Source of the DNA: Vitrella brassicaformis CCMP3155
Taxonomy: Eukaryota > Protista > Chromerida
Length of the DNA: 64,000 nt
Direction of reading: 5' to 3'
NCBI GenBank assembly: GCA_001179505.1
Contig: CDMY01000571.1
Coordinates: 186,001-250,000, forward strand
The notes under the pieces are model-generated. The model made no database searches, was not told the DNA's origin, and saw only the letters and a program-made list of their open reading frames with translations. This document shows positions 50,260-62,287 of this stretch, piece after piece (the stretch's first letter is position 1; each line of letters starts with the position of its first letter). Made by a program: the position numbers and the translations under genes.

Positions 50260-51263
50260 AGCATGTGTGGCTGCTTAGGGAGACAGACAGACAGAGGACA
50301 CACACGAGTGGGAGGCGGTGAGGGGTGGAGTACGTCGTACGAGTGTGTGCATGTCACCCACCCACCCACCCATCGATGCGCTGTGATGCGATGCGGGTGT
50401 GGTGTGGTGTGTGTAGTAAGTATGGCTATAGTGAGTGTTTTGCTGCTGGCTGGCAATGAGATCAATGAGAGGCGATGCGATGCGATGCGAGGCGAGATGA
50501 TGTGTAAATACTGCATACCTACCCTTATTTGTGATGGATGCGACGCAGGCCGGCAGGCATGTGTAGAACAGCTAGAGAGATGCCATGAAGGCAGGCAAGC
50601 TGTGTTTTGATAACGGGTCGACGGATGGCTCGATGGATGGTTTGGCTGCATGAACGGCGAGATGGATGACTGAAAGGCCATGAGCAGCCAGGAGAATGGA
50701 ATGAGAGAGAGCAACAGACTTAAGACATCAACACGCGAGTCAATGTCAACGTGTAAGACAGTCGTCAAAGGTCAGGTCAGCTCAGCTGTGCATAAATCGC
50801 ACATCAATCACACCAAATAAACCACATCAACGCATGCAGTTATCCAAGCGTGGAACCCACCCATCCATGCGAAGAAAGACAAAAAGCCAAAAGCTGGACA
50901 AGACAAGACAGGGCAGACACCCCCACACATCACACACACACAGTCCCAACTACTCTATCACCTTCAGCAACTAGCAATTACACAGAAAGACCTACCCCAA
51001 TTGCACCAACTAGCAATTACAACCCCCACTTCACCGACCACTATCATCACCTTCTCAGCAACTAGCAACTAACTACACAAGAAGACCTACCCATCGATCG
51101 CCGCCGCATAAACGCATAAATAGATGCGTGCACATGCACATCAGCATGGAGTTAGTCAGGTGGTCAGTCAAGACTCCAACACATCAGGGCTCCGCAGACG
51201 AGTTACACGCACATGCAGGTACGCACGCACGAAGTCAAGGCATCAACGCGATGAGCGAAGCGA

Positions 51264-54200
51264 TCAACACATCACCCCTAGTGAAGCACACAACCACTCG
51301 GGGTCGGTGTTCCAATCGTACCGCAGAATGCCGTTACAGCGGCTCATGTAGTTTGCCCCGCCACGACATGGTTTGCCCGGCCAACTAGCAGATGGATCAC
51401 GGGGTGCTCCACATTGCAGGCTATCAAAGTAGCATCTTTGGCATTGGTAGCTGTCTTCGAATCTCCCATTGAACCCATCCCAATCACGCCAACATTCAAT
51501 GTAGCCCGGATCCTGCGTGGAGCACACTTAAGTCATGTGACGCCCATACACCCCAGTGCCTCATCCATTGCCTACCCTGTAAGGAGAAGGAGAAAGAGAA
51601 GGTGTCGTTGGCTGCGTGGGAGCTGCGGTCGTTGTGACTAAGGGGCACAACTTAATGAGCCCGGGACACGCGCCGCCACAGTACATTTCCAAGCCGCAGA
51701 AGAACGCCGATGTCACCAACCAGCCGCCTATGTTATTCAGCACATACGCCGTACCCTGCTTAATGGCACCCCACGTCCATGTTCCGGCGCGAATGGCACC
51801 AGCGCGGCAGCCAGGGTTTTGGGCACACAGCCTTGCGACGTGAGCGGCTGCAATGATGCCCCCTAGGCCAATCAGCTCGCGTCGCTCGCCATTGCTGTTG
51901 GAGCTGAAGTTGGGATTATCGGCAACTACCCAAGTGTTCGCGCCCCTCTCCACCACGACGATTGGCATGTCCTCTGACGCACTGGCCACCTCGCTGTCGA
52001 GCTGGGCGGCCACCTCGCTTGAGTCGACGGAAGATATCTCACCTGAATGAAGCCACACACAGAGAGAGGGAGAGAGGGAGAGAGGGAGAGACAGGGAGAC
52101 AAGGGCATCTTGGCGTGTGTACACGCGAGCTTCGAATCACCATGGCCCACTTAGACATGTCAAACACAATATAGGTGACGTGTTCAGCCCCAGCGCACGA
52201 GTAGATGTGCCGCTCGAACTCTCCCAGGGCCTGCTCTCCCGCCTCAAGGCCGCACCGCTCGGTGGGCTTGGTGATCCTGTCGGTGCGCACGTCGCACATC
52301 GTAGCCCGCTGCTCCTCTGGCCACTGCTTCCGGAAGTCCTCGGTGGTGACACTTCTGGGGCCCGTGGGGCCAATGTCAGGTGAGTTGTGTATATTGCAGC
52401 AGAAGTCCTCACTGCACTCCCCGTCCACCAGGGTCACTGCACCTTCATTGAAAGAACACTCCTACACACACACACACACACACACACAGAGGCAGAAAGA
52501 GAGAGAGTTGTGAGCACAAACAAGGCTAGTCCCCGTGCGTCTGTGTGTGTGAGGCCTCTCCTGCTCACCCATTCATTGCTGTCTGATGCCGTCGGCGCAG
52601 TTGTGGTCGGCGGCTGAGTCGGCTGAGGTCTGCATTTGCTCGGGTCCTTCTCCCACCAATAGCAGCCGCCGCAATCACACAGCATGTGCTTCATCCAACT
52701 CGTCGTCATGTCATTGTAGACATTCGTGAGCACAACTCCGGCAACAATGGTCCCAGTACTTGCCCTGACGGAAGCAGCGTTGCATGTCGGGTCGTCGGAA
52801 CAGCGCCCAGCCATCTCTGTGGCTGAAATGGGGTCAGAGAAAGCCACCGGCCAGAATTCGGAGTTGAAGTTGGGGTTGTCGGCCAGAAGCACGGCGCCAT
52901 AGCCCTCCACCATGATGACAGGCCTGTCCTCTGATGTCCACGGATGGACGACGGCCATCTCTTTGTTCAGCTGCTCGAACAGCATATCAATCTCCTCCTC
53001 AGTGATCGGCCTTGGACGGGGGGGGCTTGGAGAAGGAGGAGGGGGCCTTGCGGGAGCTGCGGTTCCGGCGCACAGCTTGCCCCAGGGGCAGCCTGACGAG
53101 GCGCAAAAGCTCTCCACGAGGCACGTTGCGGTTGTTAACGCCACGCCATCTCGTACAGTCCTCAGCGCCCACACGGTAAGTTCCTCATTTTCCGATACGA
53201 CAGCAGCGCGGCACTTTTCGTTGGCCGCACAGCGCCCAACCAGCACCGTGCTTGTAATGATGGCGCCTGATGTGGCCTCTCCCTCGACCAGCTCGCGTCG
53301 TTGGCCGTCGTCGTCGCTCGAGATGAAAGTGGGGTTGTCGGCCAGAAGCACCATGTCGTCAGAAGCCACCATGACGACGGGCATGTCATCTGAAGCACTA
53401 GCCACCTCTTCCTCGAGCTGGGCAAGAAGATCGGGATATTCGGTCGCGTTGACGGAAGATACCTCACCTGAATGAAGCCATACACATACAGACGCACACA
53501 CACAGAGAGAGGAGGGGAGACAGAGGCATCTTGGCGTGTGCGCACCGAATCAGCATGTCTCACTTACAGGTGTCAAACAAGATCTGCTCCACGTGTTCAG
53601 CACTTCTGCACCGCATGATCTTCCGCTCGAACTCCCCGGGCGCCTGCTCTCCCGCCTCAAGGCCGCACCGCTCGGTGGGCTTGGTGATCCTGTCGGTCCG
53701 GTAGCCGCATTCCATCGCCCACCGCTCCTCTGGGTACAGCTTCATAAAGTTTATGGTCGTGTAGCCTCTGGGTATAGGCCCCGTGGGGCCGATGTAAAGC
53801 GAGTTGTGTATGTTGCAACAGAACTCCTCAGTGCACTCCCCGTCCACCAGGGTCACTGCACCTTCATTGAAAGAACACTCCTACACACACACAGAGAGAG
53901 ACACACCCACGCAGAGAGAGAGAGACTCGTGCATGCACACATGGCTGGTCCGTGTGCGTCGTTCTGTGTGAGAGTGAGGCCTCTGTTGCCCACCCAGCTG
54001 TATGGCGCCGTCGGCACAAGTGTGGTTGAGGGAGTAGCTGTGGTTGAGGGAGCAGCTGTGGTCGAGGGAGCAGCTGTGGTGGACATACGAGTGGTGGGGG
54101 TCGGCGGACGAGAGGTGGGCGGGATTGTGGTCGAATCGTCCTGCGATTCCTCGGTGGGCTCATCGTCGAGCTCACCATCACCCTGCAGAGACCGACAGAG

Positions 54201-55045
54201 AGAAAGAGAGAGAGCGACACGGCATCACACACATGAATGGCAACAGTGAGTGGCTCGTGCATCCCCTACAGTGGAAGGAGTGGTAGGGATCGCCGTGGGG
54301 GATATCGTCGGAGGAACGGCACTCGTGCGGGGCTCCTCCTCAAGTGGGCAGCCGCCCTCACACAAGTCGTCGTCCACCCAGCTCATCGTCATCTCGAACC
54401 CCACCCCCGTCAGCAGCCATTCGTTTGATCCGCTGACGAGAGCCGCGCGGCAGTCAGGATGGTCGTCGCACCGCCTCGCGATCGCGGCGGCTGTCGTGGT
54501 TGTCGAGAGGAACAGCTTGCGTCGCCGCCCGCCACTGAAGTTGGGGTTGTCAGCCAGAAGGACGGCTCCGTTGCCCTCCACCATCACGATTGCCATGTTG
54601 CCTGGCGCGAGGGCCATCTGTTCCTCGAGTTGGTCAAGCAGCACAGCAACCTCCTCATCGCTGGCGTCGACTACGGCGAATTCGACGTCGGCTGTTGGCG
54701 GGCTGCTCGTGGTGACGATGGAAGGCGGCCGGCTGGTTGTGGTGGTGGCCACAGGCTCAACTGAACGAACACACACACATACACAGTGAGCATCATTGGC
54801 ACGGCACACAACCACGACAATATCAGAGTGCACTCACCAGGCGAGATGGTGGTTGTCACAGCAGCATCGCTCGAGTCGAAGGGCTTCTCGCCACGTAAAG
54901 ACGGCTTCGCGCCGTCATTGTTGTCCACCTTGCCGAACAAATCACTCGCGAACACACCGAAGAAAGCAAGGGCGCCACACCAAAGAGTCACAAGGACAGC
55001 GCCGACAACAACCAGGAGAAGGTTCTTACACGAGCGGGATACCAT
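51264..55045 (-). CDS. Signal-anchored modular repeat protein (4 ADNPNF modules, 2 copies of a second Cys domain, Thr/Pro linkers, C-terminal Cys-rich domain)
   Basis: N-terminal hydrophobic LLLVVVGAVLVTLWCGALAFFGVFA; ADNP[NT]F at 54537-54554, 53325-53342, 52866-52883 and 51906-51923; domain LVDGEC...CCNIHNS...TERCGLEAGEQ at about 52150-52446 and 53580-53866; last exon DPGYIECW...LGVMC*. Confidence 0.72.
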
Positions 55046-55140
55046 CGAGAGAATAGATCTCAAACGAAAGAAGACCAGAGAAGAGAAGAGAGTGGAGATT
55101 GACGGTGAATGAGTTGCCCTTCTCTGGTCCCTGACAGGCC

Positions 55141-55156
55141 AAACCCTAAAACCCTA
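55141..55156. promoter_or_regulatory. Telomere-like box pair between divergent genes
   Basis: AAACCCTAAAACCCTA about 95 nt upstream of the ATG at 55045 (-). Confidence 0.55.
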
Positions 55157-55700
55157 CGCGATCATGATCGAAACCCAGCCGCTGACCAGCTTTCGTCGTT
55201 GCTGTGCCAATCAGTTGTAAGGTCACCCATCCTCCCTGCTTGCTGCTGCGTGGAGAAAGGTGGACGAAAGGGTTCGGAAAAGGCGTTTCCATTGAGGAAG
55301 CCGTGCGAACGGATCCCTGAAATGCGAGCATTGAAACCCTGTAAAAAGAAGCCCTGCACTCACAGAAGTGGCTCTTTCACGTTTCTGGGTATCTGTGTTG
55401 TGTTTCAGACATGGATAACAAGCAGATCTGTCTCATTAAGAGGTATTCCCTCTTGTGGCCTCCCGACAGCTGTCAGGCGACTGTCAGGCGTTGCTGGGCC
55501 TTCCTGGTTGTTGCTTGTGAGTCGGTCAGACAATTAGTGGCACGGCAGATCACACGTGCATCTCTGTCTGTCTGTCTGTCTGCGCGTCCATCTCTGTTCC
55601 TCTCAGCTAAGCTAGCAGCTCTGCTCCCCCAGTCTGCATGCATATGCTACATGCAGACGGGGGGCGAGATCCCGTCTCACTGTCGTGAGGATGGCACAGA

Positions 55701-56357
55701 GGCGACAGCCGGGAGGTCCTGGAGGGCCTCAGCAAACGACACTCACCTGTAAGCACAGCACGGCAGAGAGATTCTGGAGAGCAAAGCAGGATGTGAGACG
55801 CCCATGCACATGTGTGTCCTCTCTCTGTGTTCCCCGTGTGTGTTGTCAGTCAACCTGAAGGAGAAGCCGCCGCACCCATACGCCAACCTCATGTAAGAAG
55901 GCAAACCACGCCCCCACCCCGTCTCTCTCTCTCTCTCTGTTGATGTCTGTCTGTCTGTCTGTCTGGATCGTCTGCAGGCGCCGTATGGTGGATCGTCTGC
56001 AGGAGGTGCAGCAGGAGGTCGCCCAGGAGACCGCATCGGCCATCGAGTTCGAACACACATCCAAAAAGGTCGGTAGAGACGGAGGGAGAGAGGAAGAGAG
56101 AGCTGTCGAGCTTTGCAGGCAATCGAGTCCATAGCGCGACAGCTCGACACGGTCAAGTCGGCCTTTCACTCACTCATGGACGTGGTCAGTCAGCCGCACA
56201 CACGCACACACACACACACACAAAGGAGATCTGTGTCTGTGTCTGTGTCTGTGTGTGTGTGTGTGGGTGGTGTGTGTGTCAGCTGATGGAGGAGATGCAG
56301 CAGCTGGAAACGAGCTTCACCGCCCTGCAGGCACCCATCCGCACACACACACACACT

Positions 56358-56388
<31 letters not shown>

Positions 56389-56577
56389 CATTGATGCGTT
56401 GGTTGGTTCGTCAGGGTGAGCACGAGAGGCTGCAGACTGAGGTTGGTGCGATGGACCAGCGCGTGCAGACCAACACCATTCGACTCAGGGAGGACCTCCA
56501 CTCCATGCAGAAGGACACACGTAAACACACGCACACACACAGAGAGAGAGAGAGAGAGAGCAATAAGACGCCTCTCG

Positions 56578-56612
<35 letters not shown>

Positions 56613-58236
56613 TGTGTGTCTGTGTGTGTGTGCAGATCAGCGGTGCACGTCGGCGTCAGACGAGGTGTCCCGCCTCGAGTGTCAGCTCGTCAGCCTCTGC
56701 GAGAAGGAGGCCTTCCTCAAACAAAACGTCCAGACCATCAACGACACTCTCGCCAAAAGGTGCGTCTTGTCCAATGATGTCTTCTCATGGATGGATGGAT
56801 GGATGCAGGCAGGGAGAGGTGGAGGGCGCCGTGACGACTCTGCGGCAGGAGATCTCGCAGATCAAGGACACACAGGATGTCACTGTGAGCAAGAAGCCAC
56901 GGAAAGGACACACCCCCCCACACACACAGACCCACACATCCCTCTCCCTCTCCCCTATGTGTGTGTATGTGTGTGGGTCAGAGGAGGGAATCGCGAGCGT
57001 CTGTGTGTGCCTTGGAAACACGCCTGGACAACCTCTGTGAAGCGGTGAGCACTTCTGCACACACATACACATATATATGGGGGTCACCACACAAGATGAT
57101 GACCACACAAGAAATCCAACTCCGACCACACAGAGGAGTGGTGTGGGGACACAACAGCCAATTTTAACCGTCTGATGTGATATGATATGATAATGGCCAC
57201 ACACACACTCACACACACGCGAGACACCCACACCATGCCGCATCACGACACCTGACTGTCTGCCTGTCTGTGTGTCTGTGTGTTTGTTGATGCACCTGCA
57301 GCTCGAGAACCGCTTCACCAAAATGGAGCGCGCGCAACAGGCAAGCACCGCCCCCTCTTGCCCCACACACAGAGAGTGAGATTGTCTGATGTTGTGCAGA
57401 CTCACTGGGACTGCCTCAAGAGCTGGGCCAGCCGCTCTCGCAGCACACACCCCCCGCTGCCCTCTGCCCTGGAGAACCCCTCCCCCCACACACCAGCACC
57501 AGCAGCCACACACAAGCCCATTATTACCGACCCGGATCCCCACACCCACACCCACACCAGCACCAGCATCCATCTCCCGGCCCTGCCGCCCACAAAGCCG
57601 ATCGACATCACAGGATACTCCCACAGTGTCATGAGGGACTACGTCATGGGCAAGCAGAAGCAGACAGGGCCTTTCTCGCCGCCCACTGTGTCGCCGACAG
57701 GGATTGGCAAGGGGGGCTCTTCGCTGCGGCCGCAGCATCTTGTGGGTGTGGGCAATGTGCCCAGTTTGTCGCCGTCAATCGCTGGAGGGGTCGGGGGCGT
57801 TGGGGCGCGGTCGCCGCCGATCCCCATCATCCCTTCTGCTGCCGATGGTGGGTCGTTGAGAAGGTCGATTGGCTCTACTTGTCATTATGTCTCTTTCTTT
57901 CCTTCAGAGGAAGATGGTTTAGGCATGATTAGAGGCGGGAAGATCCCCGACGCCGCGAGGGGGCCCCCCTGTCTCTCCCCCCTCTCTCCTCTGTCAATGT
58001 CGCTGCGCCAACACCAGCAGCAGCAGTACCCCCGCGCCGCCCTCGGCGGACACACAAGGGGAGCGGTGGGTGTGGATGCGGCTCTGCCGTCACCTGACGT
58101 TGACCATACAGTCGGTGTGGGTGGTGGCTTGGGGGGCTTGGGGGGGTTGAGGAGGGAGCAGAGGGACGGGGAGTATGTGATTTGCAAAGGGGGGGTGCCG
58201 ACGCCCATGTATGCCGCGGCGGGGTACGTCGGTTGA
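55701..58236 (+). CDS. Coiled-coil hypothetical protein with Pro/Gly-rich disordered tail, multi-exon
   Basis: Phase-compatible heptad exons (MVDRLQEVQQEV, LMEEMQQLETSF, VTTLRQEISQIK, LENRFTKME); start codon uncertain. Confidence 0.6.
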
Positions 58237-58392
58237 TTGAGGGCTGCTGCGTATCTGTCTCTGTCTGTCTGTCTGTCTGGGGGGGTCTGTGTGGGTGTAG
58301 GTGATGGCTAGAGGGCTGGCGTGTTTGTGTGAGAGAGCCGCCTGACGCTTCTTTGGCTGTGTGTCTGTGTCTGTGTCTGTGTGTGTGTGTGG

Positions 58393-58692
58393 NNNNNNNN
58401 NNNNNNNNNNNNNNNNNNNNNNNNNNNNNNNNNNNNNNNNNNNNNNNNNNNNNNNNNNNNNNNNNNNNNNNNNNNNNNNNNNNNNNNNNNNNNNNNNNNN
58501 NNNNNNNNNNNNNNNNNNNNNNNNNNNNNNNNNNNNNNNNNNNNNNNNNNNNNNNNNNNNNNNNNNNNNNNNNNNNNNNNNNNNNNNNNNNNNNNNNNNN
58601 NNNNNNNNNNNNNNNNNNNNNNNNNNNNNNNNNNNNNNNNNNNNNNNNNNNNNNNNNNNNNNNNNNNNNNNNNNNNNNNNNNNNNNNNNNNN
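58393..58692. other. Assembly gap (300 N)
   Basis: N run after a (GT)n-GG tract. Confidence 1.
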
Positions 58693-58932
58693 GGTCTTCC
58701 GAGAGAGTGGTGGGTGGGGTAGTGTGTGTTAGCGCGTGTGTGTGCAGCGTAGTGACTAATGCGAGACGGACCCGATGATTGACGCCCACCAGCCCAGCCA
58801 AGTGTCTAAATCAGTCGTCTACTCACCTGACCATCGAGCTACTCACACACACACAAAGAGAGGAAGAGAGAGGTTAAAAAGCGGTCAAAAGCGGTCAGGT
58901 CACTACTGAGAGGTCTCACAATGTCGCTCAAC

Positions 58933-59166
58933 CTACCCCTCACCCTCTCTCTCTCTCGCCCCCTCTATGTCCCTCCCTGCCGCGCTGGCCGCGCCCACGC
59001 CATACACAAAGTCCAAAGCCGCCGTCAGATGCTCCTCTGCCGCGAGATACAGCGCAAACCCTGCAGAGGGGTCCTGCAGCAGTGGCAGCGTCGCCGCGAT
59101 GAAGGCTGTGGGAGGGAGGGGCGTTGGGGCGGTGGTGAGACACTCGTGCAGACGCTGCAGCAGCTG

Positions 59167-59197
<31 letters not shown>

Positions 59198-60120
59198 GGA
59201 GGGTGGAGGAGCGCCCACATTCGCTCAGCTCACCTGTTGGCAGATGTGTGGCTGTCTGAAGATGGCCGCCACGCAGTTGACGGCCTCCTGCGCCTCTGGC
59301 AGAGGTACCCCACTCGTCGACTGCAGCTGCTCGACCACACCCACACCGTTGGGCATGACCTCGGCCTCTGGTGCTGGTGGTTGTGGTGCTGGCAGAGGGG
59401 AGGGGGCGATGTGCATAGACTCTGCGCGTGTGGCCGTGAGGACTGCTGGTTGAGCTGCCGGTGGTGGTGGCGGTGGTGCGGCCATCAGCCGTTGCAGCTC
59501 TCTGCAGACAAAGACACAGAGAGAGAGGGAGAGAGAGGAAGAGGGAGAGGGAGGGGGGGATGGATGGCTTAGGAGAGAGGCTACTCTTCGATTCTGGCGT
59601 GTTCGTCCTCAATCTCGTCAATTTCCGACTGCAGCCGCGCCATCGAGTGGCCCTCCACCGGCACACCGTTGCCGACGGCATCACCACCACCATCACCACC
59701 AGCAGGCTTGGCGGCCTCCTCTGCACACACACACACACACACACGGACACACGCAGAGAGAGAGACGGAGAGATATGGTGAACGGATCATTTTCTCACCG
59801 GCATTTCCATTCTTCTTCTGCTGCTGCTGCTGTGGTGTGTGTTGGGCTGCTTCCTTCTCGCCATCTCCAGCTGCAGGCGTCGCACCGACCTCGACATCGA
59901 CATGGACGTGCAGCAGCCGCATGGCGTTGCTCACACAGGGCCACGGCGAGGCCCCCCACCCACTGAAGAGGTTCCGCGCCTTGACCACCCAGTCCTCAGC
60001 CAGTGACAGTGACAGCCCCATCTGAGGAGGGAAATGCGCCGCCAAGGCGAGCGTCTCTGCGAGAAATGGCGCGCTGAGAGTGACGATGCCTGCACACACA
60101 CACACACACACACACAGAGT

Positions 60121-60151
<31 letters not shown>

Positions 60152-62251
60152 GTATCACTCACTCAGTCTGTGTGCTTACCGGCCTCTCCATCAACCGCCG
60201 GCCGCAGCGGGTGCATCTGGTCCATGGCGGGGCTCCATGCAAGCGAAATCAAACCCATCAGACAGCTGGGGGCGACCGTGTTGCCATATTTGTCACCACC
60301 GCCACCGCCAGCCCCATCCGTCAGCGAGCGGAAGAACAGGTCGGTGAGCCACTCGAGCAGCCGAAGGAGGGTGGGCGGCTGGCAGGGAGCGAAGAGGGCG
60401 GTGAGGGTGGCGGCGTCACACTGACTGAGGTACTCTGCCAACACCTACAATGAGAGAGAGAGAGAGGGAGGGAGGGGATGGATGGATGGATGATACACGC
60501 ACACAGAGAGAGAGAGAGAGGCTTACCTGGACAATCCGCGAGAGCAGGGCGCTTCTCAGCTCTGCACTGTCCACCACGCCCGCCACACCCAAGTCGACAG
60601 CCGCCCCCAAAGCCACGAGCATCAGCACGGGATGGCCGCCCTCATTCTCCTTCACCAAACCCCGATAAGCATAACCCTGAGAACACCCCTGACCCCTCAC
60701 ACGCGCCGACAGCTCCTCAAGGGAATCGAGCACTGCTGTCTGCGGATGTGGCTGTGGTGGTGGTGACGATAGTGTCGATTCCTTCCACAGGCCCAGCACG
60801 CCATCGCCACCACTCATTTGCTGGTGGCTGCCGTGGTGGGAGTCCGTCATGAGCAGGGACCACACACGGTGGGCAGGGAGGGAGGGGTGGATGGACACCC
60901 ACTCGCAGGGCGGCTGGAGCGTCAGCAGGACGGCTGTGAGAGAGAGCTCCTCCCTGTCTCTGCAGAGGTCCTGCGCCGCGATGAACACCGTGAGCGCCTC
61001 GGCATACACCTCTTTCGGCCACATTGCCCCAATCTTGCCATCAAGCAGCGTCTGCAGGAGGCTCAGACACGCCAGATGGACACAGCTCTTGAGCAGCACA
61101 GCAGCGCGGCTGTCACACTGTTGAAGTTGAAGCAGTCGCGCCATTAGCCGAGCGGCCAGCTGCACCATGGCCATGGCGTTCGTCGGCTCCCGCAGGGCGA
61201 TGTGGAGGGGCATGCACCCGACGACCCTCTCCAGCACCATGGCCGTCAGCTCACAGTCGTCACGCGTCTCGAAGGACACCAGCAGTGGCGGCAGCACACC
61301 GATGTGTTGCTGCTGCTGAGAGGTGAGAAGGTTCCCCGCTAGGACGTTCGGCGACAGAACGATCTCTGCGACTTGCCGCCGGCCGTCCAGCACTGTGGCT
61401 CTGTCCACTGCTGCTGCTGCTGCTGTTGCTGAGGGTGAGGAGCTCTTGGTCAACAGGGGTGTCCCAGTGCCCATGATGGCCTCTTGCAGGTCTTCCATCT
61501 GGCTGCTGAGGTCTTGCCGCGATGTGGTGCTGACGGCGGGGAGGGTGTGGAGAGCTTCGCTGGCCTCCCACTCGGCCAAGGAGAGGTACCGACGCCCATC
61601 TTCTCGATAAGTGCGGCCAGCTGACCGCACAGAGAGACACACAGAGGACGACAGACAGATGCCTCCATGAACGGCCTCGTGTGTGTGTGAGGGGGGGGAG
61701 GAGGGGGGCTGACCTGGTGGCAGCTCTGTGATGCCTTGAGCAGCAGCAGCAGCAGCCGGTGGTGGTGCTGTCTCAGAGGTGTCTTTGCCCATGACAGCGG
61801 CACGCGCACGCCCCACCACGTCAGAGGCCTTCACCGGCTCACCCTCACCATCGCCGCCATCGCTCGTTGCTGTCGAAGAGAACACCTCCAGCACGAGCAT
61901 CGACACAAGCGCCGCCAACAGGGCGGGGTCGTCAGCTGACACCGACACCGAGCCCCCCTCTCCCTCTCCCTCTCTGTGTGTTGTGGCGGGCAGAATGGGC
62001 GTGTAGAATGTGGCGACGATGCGGCGGAGCTTGTTGGTCTTGACGAGTGACCAGAGGGCGGCTGTGGTGTGGGGGCTGGCGGCGAGCTGCGCTATGGCGG
62101 AGCGAGCACGGTGGGCGGCTTTGGTCAGCCACTGCTGGTTGTGTGTCTGTCTGGCGTGCCACCAGAGGCCTGACAGACAGGTCAACAGACAGACAGACAG
62201 ACAGACAGTGGATGAGGGAAGATCCCAAGCTGCATTGAGGAGGTCTCTCCG

Positions 62252-62287
<36 letters not shown>

